Origin: Abditibacteriaceae bacterium
Lineage (GTDB): Bacteria > Armatimonadota > Abditibacteriia > Abditibacteriales > Abditibacteriaceae
Assembly: GCA_965277285.1 (NCBI GenBank)
Contig: OZ255721.1
Location: forward strand, 1,280,001-1,344,000
Length of the DNA: 64,000 nt
Reading direction: 5' to 3'
A program made the position numbers and the translations under genes. The first letter of the stretch is position 1; each line of letters starts with the position of its first letter. Shown here piece after piece: positions 59,270 to 64,000 of this stretch. Below the pieces are notes generated by a model. It did not search any database and was not told the DNA's origin. It saw nothing but the letters and a program-made list of their open reading frames with translations.

Positions 59270-60788
59270 CTTTACCGGAGGTTGCACAAATCGCTTGCGC
59301 CAACGATTGGACATCGGCACTCGGCGCGACGACATCGGGAATCAAGCCGTTTTCGCGCGCTGTTGTTTCAGTAATCGGGCCGATAACGGCGACGCGGAAG
59401 CTGTTTCGAGTACTCGATAACACATCGGCGCCAATCGCTTCGACAAAGTTTTTCACAGTCGAAGAACTGGTGAAAGAAACCCAATCGACTTCGCCGCTAC
59501 GCAACATTTCACGCACGGTTTCAGCATTCGAGTTATCGGAAACGGTGCGATAAACCGGCGCAACGTCAACAATTGCACCCGCTTCGCGCAGTTGAACTTC
59601 CAATACTTCGCGGCCTTCCTGCGCGCGCACAATCAAAATATTTTTGTCTTTAACACCAAGTTCGACAAGCCCGCGCGCCACGTCTTCAGAAATCGAACTT
59701 TGCGGTAGAAAGTCAGGAACGATGCCGCGCTTTTGCAACGCTTCTGAAGTCGCTGGCCCAATTGCCGCGACTTTCGCATTCGCAAAAACGCGCGAATCTT
59801 TGCCGTTTTTCCGCAAACGCTCCCAGAACTTTGCAACGCCGTTTATCGACGTAAAAACAATCCACTCGAAGTTTGATAATCGTTCAAGCAATTTATCTAC
59901 AATTGAATGCTCGTCCAAATCTTCGACGCGAATCGTCGGACATTGAACGACATTTGCGCCCAAAGTTTCCAGTTCCTCGACCAAATTCGACGCTTGTTCC
60001 CGCGCGCGCGTGACGACAACGGTTTTCCCCCAAAGCGGACGATTATCGAACCATTGCAACTTTTCGCGCAAACCGACAACTTCGCCAACCACAATCAAAG
60101 CGGGCGGCTTCAAACCGCTGCGCGCAACTTCGTCTTCAATCGTGTCGAGCGTTCCCGTCACGACTTGCTGTTGAGCCGTGGTTCCCCAACGCACCAGCGC
60201 GATTCGAGTACTCGATTTGTCGCCGCGTTCTTTGAGTTGCGCGACGATTTTGGGCAAAGCGCGCACGCCCATCAAAAACACAATCGTATCGGCGACCGGA
60301 AGATTTTTCGGCGGCGCATCGTCATCTTTGGTGTGACCTGTGACAACCGCAAAACTGGTTGCGCCTTGCGGAAAGTTTTCGTCGGCGCGCTGGGTGACCG
60401 GAATTCCCGCATACGCCGGAGCCGCAATTGAACTTGTCACGCCAGGCACGATTTCAAATGCGACGCCATTCGCACGACAAAAAAGCGCTTCTTCGCCGCC
60501 GCGCCCGAACACAAACGGATCGCCGCCTTTCAAGCGACAAACGTTTTTTCCGCTTTTCGCGCGATCAACTAACAATTGGTTGATTTCGTCTTGCTGCATT
60601 GCGTGGCGCGTGGCTTCTTTGCCGACAAAGATTTTTTCGGCCTCATCGCGGCATTCGTTCAACAACGCCGCGCCAATCAAGCGATCATAAACTACGACAT
60701 CGGCGCGCCGCAAGATTTCCATGCCGCGCACCGTAAGGAGTTTCGGATCGCCCGGCCCGGCTCCGACAAGATAAACAATTCCGTTCAT
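59262..60788 (-). CDS. cobA: Bifunctional uroporphyrinogen-III C-methyltransferase / uroporphyrinogen-III synthase (CobA-HemD)
   Basis: LVGAGPGDPKLLT, RLKGGDPFVFGRGGEE; HemD part VVTRAREQ, FTSINGV, IGPAT, FTSSSTV. Confidence 0.93.
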   Translation of the reverse strand: MNGIVYLVGAGPGDPKLLTVRGMEILRRADVVVYDRLIGAALLNECRDEAEKIFVGKEATRHAMQQDEINQLLVDRAKSGKNVCRLKGGDPFVFGRGGEEALFCRANGVAFEIVPGVTSSIAAPAYAGIPVTQRADENFPQGATSFAVVTGHTKDDDAPPKNLPVADTIVFLMGVRALPKIVAQLKERGDKSSTRIALVRWGTTAQQQVVTGTLDTIEDEVARSGLKPPALIVVGEVVGLREKLQWFDNRPLWGKTVVVTRAREQASNLVEELETLGANVVQCPTIRVEDLDEHSIVDKLLERLSNFEWIVFTSINGVAKFWERLRKNGKDSRVFANAKVAAIGPATSEALQKRGIVPDFLPQSSISEDVARGLVELGVKDKNILIVRAQEGREVLEVQLREAGAIVDVAPVYRTVSDNSNAETVREMLRSGEVDWVSFTSSSTVKNFVEAIGADVLSSTRNSFRVAVIGPITETTARENGLIPDVVAPSADVQSLAQAICATSGKEP

Positions 60789-60789
60789 G

Positions 60790-61764
60790 TTAAAGGTTCA
60801 ACAGCTTTGCAGCGCCTTGATCCAACAATTTTTGTGCGATATATTCGCCTGTTTGTTCGGCGCCATCACTAAATTGAAAAACTTCAACAACCTCAATTCG
60901 TTGTTTTCCGTCTGGCGAATTAACGCACGCCCAGACGGTCATTCCGTAATCTTTCGCGTGATAATATTCCACCAGAACTCCCAAGGGCGTAGAACAACCC
61001 GCACTGAGAGCACGAACAACAGCACGCTCAACAGAAGTTTCGATACGCGTGGCTTCATCTTCCAACACGTTTAACAATTCGAGTACTCGATTGTCGTTTT
61101 GGCGACACTCAATTGCCAGCGCGCCTTGTCCGGGTGCTGGAACACAATCAAAACAATTTATTAAAACAGTGTTGTAGCTTTGTGCGAGACCTAATCGTCG
61201 CAAACCGGCTTCAGCTAAGACGATGGCATCCAAACCTTCGTCGTGAAGTTTGCGCAACCGCGTATCAATGTTGCCGCGAATGTCCTCAATGATTAAATCA
61301 GGACGATAATACAACAATTGTGCGAGGCGGCGCAAACTGGAAGTTCCTACGCGCGCACCGTGAGGCAAAAACGCAAAACTCGCAAGCTGTTCCTCTGTAA
61401 ATCCTGAAGTATTGTATTTCTCATTGACAACAAATACGTCATCCGCACTTTCGCGTTTGGGAATGCAGCCCAGCGTCAAACCTTCGGGCAAATCGGGCGG
61501 CAAATCTTTCAACGAATGAACTGCGAAATCAATTGTTCCATCGAGCAGCGCGGCTTCAATTTCCAGCGTAAAAACGCCTTTGCCGCCAATTGCTGGTAAC
61601 GAACTCGTCTGATTCTTGTCGCCCGTCGTGCGAATGACGCGTTCTCCAACCGTCAAACCTGCGTGTGCGGCTTCCAGTTCGCGCGCAAATTGTCTTGCTT
61701 GCGCCAGCGCCAAAGGACTGCCGCGCGTTCCCATGACGAGCATTCGAGTACTCGATTGTGTCAT
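60790..61764 (-). CDS. hemC: Hydroxymethylbilane synthase
   Basis: GTRGSPLALAQ, GKGVFT, AVHSLKD, GTSSLRR, RGNIDTRL, PAPGQGAL, GCSTP. Confidence 0.95.
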   Translation of the reverse strand: MTQSSTRMLVMGTRGSPLALAQARQFARELEAAHAGLTVGERVIRTTGDKNQTSSLPAIGGKGVFTLEIEAALLDGTIDFAVHSLKDLPPDLPEGLTLGCIPKRESADDVFVVNEKYNTSGFTEEQLASFAFLPHGARVGTSSLRRLAQLLYYRPDLIIEDIRGNIDTRLRKLHDEGLDAIVLAEAGLRRLGLAQSYNTVLINCFDCVPAPGQGALAIECRQNDNRVLELLNVLEDEATRIETSVERAVVRALSAGCSTPLGVLVEYYHAKDYGMTVWACVNSPDGKQRIEVVEVFQFSDGAEQTGEYIAQKLLDQGAAKLLNL

Positions 61765-62630
61765 TTCCCACCTACCAAATGCGGCACGCCAAAAAACGAA
61801 ATCGCCAACAACACAAAGCCGTAAACCACAACCAAATTCGTTCTGCGCCCACGCCAGCCAAGGATTTGTCGCACCGCTAAATAGGCGGCGAAAGTGAGCC
61901 AAGTGACGATAGACAACACGACCTTTGGGTCGGACAGTGGCGCATAATTCGGATGATGGCGCATCGGCAAAAGTGCCGTCAGAAGCCCGATAGAAAGCAT
62001 CGCCAATCCAAAGCTTGTCGCGCGAAATACCATTTCGTCGGCATCATGCAACGTCGGCAAACGTTGCCACAAACCGCGCAACTGCTTACGTTTGAGCAAA
62101 CCTTCTTGCATCAAATAAATCACGGAAAAAGCGAAGGCAAACGACAACGCCGCATACGCTGTCACGATGACGACGACGTGAACCGCCATCCATTGCGTTT
62201 CAAGAACGCGCAATTCTTCGGGCCGCGTCGCGCGATGCAGCGGTGCATCGGCCAGCGAATAGAGAGCGCCGCACAGCGCAACCGGCGTCACAAAGGCGTT
62301 GGGAACGCCGCGTCCCAAACGATGAAAAATCAGGCACGAAACCGCCACAATCCAGCCAAACAAACCCGCCACGCCAGGAACGAGGGCGAACAATTCGCTG
62401 CCCTGCCCGATTAGCGACAACAAATGAAACGCCGTTCCGACCAACAGAACGCCGTAAGCCCAAACTCCGGCGCGATGATGGCGGCGCTCGGCTGCCAAAG
62501 TTTGTTCGTCGGCGTGAAAAAAGGTTTGCGCCCACCACAACAAGGTCGCGCCCAGGTAGCACATCACGGCGCACAGCAGCCACGCGCCTTCCCAACGCGC
62601 CAAGAATGAAGTGTCAAGCGAAGCGTTCAT
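61761..62630 (-). CDS. Cytochrome c assembly protein CcsA/HemX-like
   Basis: Multiple TMs, W.AVHV, YLMQE..LK, DPKVV, GWRGRR; lies between hemA and hemC. Confidence 0.85.
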   Translation of the reverse strand: MNASLDTSFLARWEGAWLLCAVMCYLGATLLWWAQTFFHADEQTLAAERRHHRAGVWAYGVLLVGTAFHLLSLIGQGSELFALVPGVAGLFGWIVAVSCLIFHRLGRGVPNAFVTPVALCGALYSLADAPLHRATRPEELRVLETQWMAVHVVVIVTAYAALSFAFAFSVIYLMQEGLLKRKQLRGLWQRLPTLHDADEMVFRATSFGLAMLSIGLLTALLPMRHHPNYAPLSDPKVVLSIVTWLTFAAYLAVRQILGWRGRRTNLVVVYGFVLLAISFFGVPHLVGGK

Positions 62631-63976
62631 TCCTCGCCCTCCGCGTTATCCGGCGCGCCATTCGAGTACTCGATTGTGGTTTTCGTCGCCTCATCCAGCG
62701 CGAAAGCGCGGCGCAATGCGTCCACGTCAGGCGAACCTTCGCTGCCTGCGGTTCGCAAATGACGCAGTGGCGCGTGCATCAATTTATTGGCGATGGCGCG
62801 TCCCAAAAGTCGCACGATTTCCTGTTCGCGTTCGGTCAAATCGGGCAAACGAGACAACGCATTTTCGACTTCGCTTTGAGAAACTTCCTGGGCGCGCGCC
62901 GCCAAAGCTGCCATCACGGGACGCGCTTCGAGGGTGCGCAGCCATTTCGCCCAGCCCGCGACTTCTTCGTCCACGATTTCCTCGACGCGCGCCAGTTCGC
63001 CCCCGCGCTGACGCCGATTTTCTGCGACGACGCCTTGTAAATCGTCGATGTCATACAGATAAACGTTGTCCAACTTGTGCGATTGCGGGTCAATGTCGCG
63101 CGGCACGGCGATGTCGACCAAAAGCAAAGGACGACTGCGGCGCGTTTTCATGGCGGACGCGACTTGTTCGTAAGCAATCACGGTATGCGGCGCGCGCGTC
63201 GAAGAGATCACGATGTCGGCTTCGTGCAACCAACGCGGAAATTCGTCCCACGTCACCGCTTCCGACAAAACCGGACTGTCGCCGCGTTCGTTTCCCACGT
63301 CGTTGAACTGCTGCGCCATCGCGCAGGCGCGTTCGTGCGTGCGATTCGACACGATGATGCGACGCGCGCCGCTCGAAACTAAATGTTGTGCCGTCAATTC
63401 CGACATTTTCCCAGCGCCTAAAATGAGAACCGTGCGACCTTGCAGCGCGCCAAAAATCTGCCGCGCCAATTCGACCGCCGCGCTGCCGATGCTCAATGCT
63501 CCGCGCCCGATGTCGGTTTCGCTGCGCGCGCGCTTGCCGCACGTAATGGCGCGGCGAAACAATTCGTCCAGAGTTGCGCCCAGCGAATTGTGGGTGCGCG
63601 CTTCGTCAAAGGCGGTCTTGACCTGGCCTAAAATCTGGCTTTCGCCCAGCACCAGCGAATCCGTTCCGCACGCGACTTCAAATAAATGGCGCGCCGCGTT
63701 GTCCGCGCGATGATGGTAAAGATGTCCGCTCAGTCGAGTACTCGAAACACCGAAAAAGTCACTTAGAAAGTGCGTGATCGCGTCGTCAAGTTTTTCCTGT
63801 CCCAGCGCGTAAATTTCAAAGCGATTGCAGGTCGAAAGAATGACAGTTTCGTGCGCGCCAATTTCACGCAAGCCCGCCAGAACTTGCGGCAGGCGCGACG
63901 CTGGCAACGCAAATTGCTCGCGCAACGCGACCGGCGCCGTTTTGTGATTGAGACCGACAAGAAACAAAGACATCAA
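62627..63976 (-). CDS. hemA: Glutamyl-tRNA reductase
   Basis: VGLNHKTAPVALRE, STCNRFE, GESQILGQVK, LGAGKM, DIAVPRDI. Confidence 0.96.
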   Translation of the reverse strand: MMSLFLVGLNHKTAPVALREQFALPASRLPQVLAGLREIGAHETVILSTCNRFEIYALGQEKLDDAITHFLSDFFGVSSTRLSGHLYHHRADNAARHLFEVACGTDSLVLGESQILGQVKTAFDEARTHNSLGATLDELFRRAITCGKRARSETDIGRGALSIGSAAVELARQIFGALQGRTVLILGAGKMSELTAQHLVSSGARRIIVSNRTHERACAMAQQFNDVGNERGDSPVLSEAVTWDEFPRWLHEADIVISSTRAPHTVIAYEQVASAMKTRRSRPLLLVDIAVPRDIDPQSHKLDNVYLYDIDDLQGVVAENRRQRGGELARVEEIVDEEVAGWAKWLRTLEARPVMAALAARAQEVSQSEVENALSRLPDLTEREQEIVRLLGRAIANKLMHAPLRHLRTAGSEGSPDVDALRRAFALDEATKTTIEYSNGAPDNAEGEE

Positions 63977-64000
63977 TGATTTGTGGCCGCTTCAGAACCC

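Larger units (their letters stand above)
450..63745. repeat. Highly iterated 12-bp palindrome TCGAGTACTCGA, dispersed (about 52 perfect copies)
   Basis: Perfect copies start at about 450, 1010, 3045, 3652, 5626, 7806, 9542, 11413, 11986, 13705, 14059, 14683, 15393, 15613, 17497, 17907, 18869, 20652, 20789, 21325, 24036, 26657, 27116, 28501, 29261, 30493, 31314, 33939, 36419, 38813, 41049, 43384, 44239, 44826, 46149, 47433, 49034, 49773, 50703, 51672, 53462, 54721, 54787, 55766, 57165, 58759, 59406, 60204, 61079, 61744, 62662, 63734 (manual scan). Confidence 0.97.

Noticed and set aside
450..63745. TCGAGTACTCGA as a sequencing adapter, linker or assembly artefact
   Set aside because: Copies sit in frame in intact conserved genes without breaking them, show natural one-mismatch variants, form parts of terminators and are absent from ISs. 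Raw-read confirmation is still advisable.
450..63745. The motif as a CRISPR repeat, or as an ordinary transcription-factor box (LexA, parS)
   Set aside because: It is too short and kb-spaced for CRISPR, and no cas genes are present. It is too dense and mostly intragenic for a regulon, and does not match parS or LexA consensus sequences I know.

Overview
A 64-kb stretch of a moderately GC-rich bacterial chromosome. The gene mix (secretin plus rny-spoVS plus ChdC) suggests an Armatimonadota/Abditibacteriota-like diderm; this is inference only. Content in order: tsaB/tsaE, thiL/thiE, partial Flp/Tad pilus genes (cpaE, cpaC, cpaB), murJ, a thrC-MoaD-NIL cluster, pabB, an orphan TIR-domain gene next to tmRNA (ssrA), rny-spoVS, sugar kinases, a complete Wsp-like chemosensory/diguanylate cyclase operon hit twice by the same 857-bp IS5-family (IS1031-group) element, comF, an SH3-NlpC/P60 hydrolase, chdC, thrB and a hemA-ccsA-hemC-cobA/hemD-hemB operon. 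The dominant unexplained signal is a highly iterated 12-bp palindrome, TCGAGTACTCGA (usually W-TCGAGTACTCGA-W). By eye there are about 52 perfect and about 16 one-mismatch copies, roughly one per kb and more evenly spaced than random. It occurs inside genes in all three frames (SSTR / RVL[DE] / EYS peptides), between genes, in terminators and directly before start codons, but is absent from the IS copies and the TIR gene. It looks like a HIP1/DUS-like genome-wide signal with a sequence I do not recognise. Several nested REP/MITE-like palindromic families are also present. All counts and coordinates are manual.
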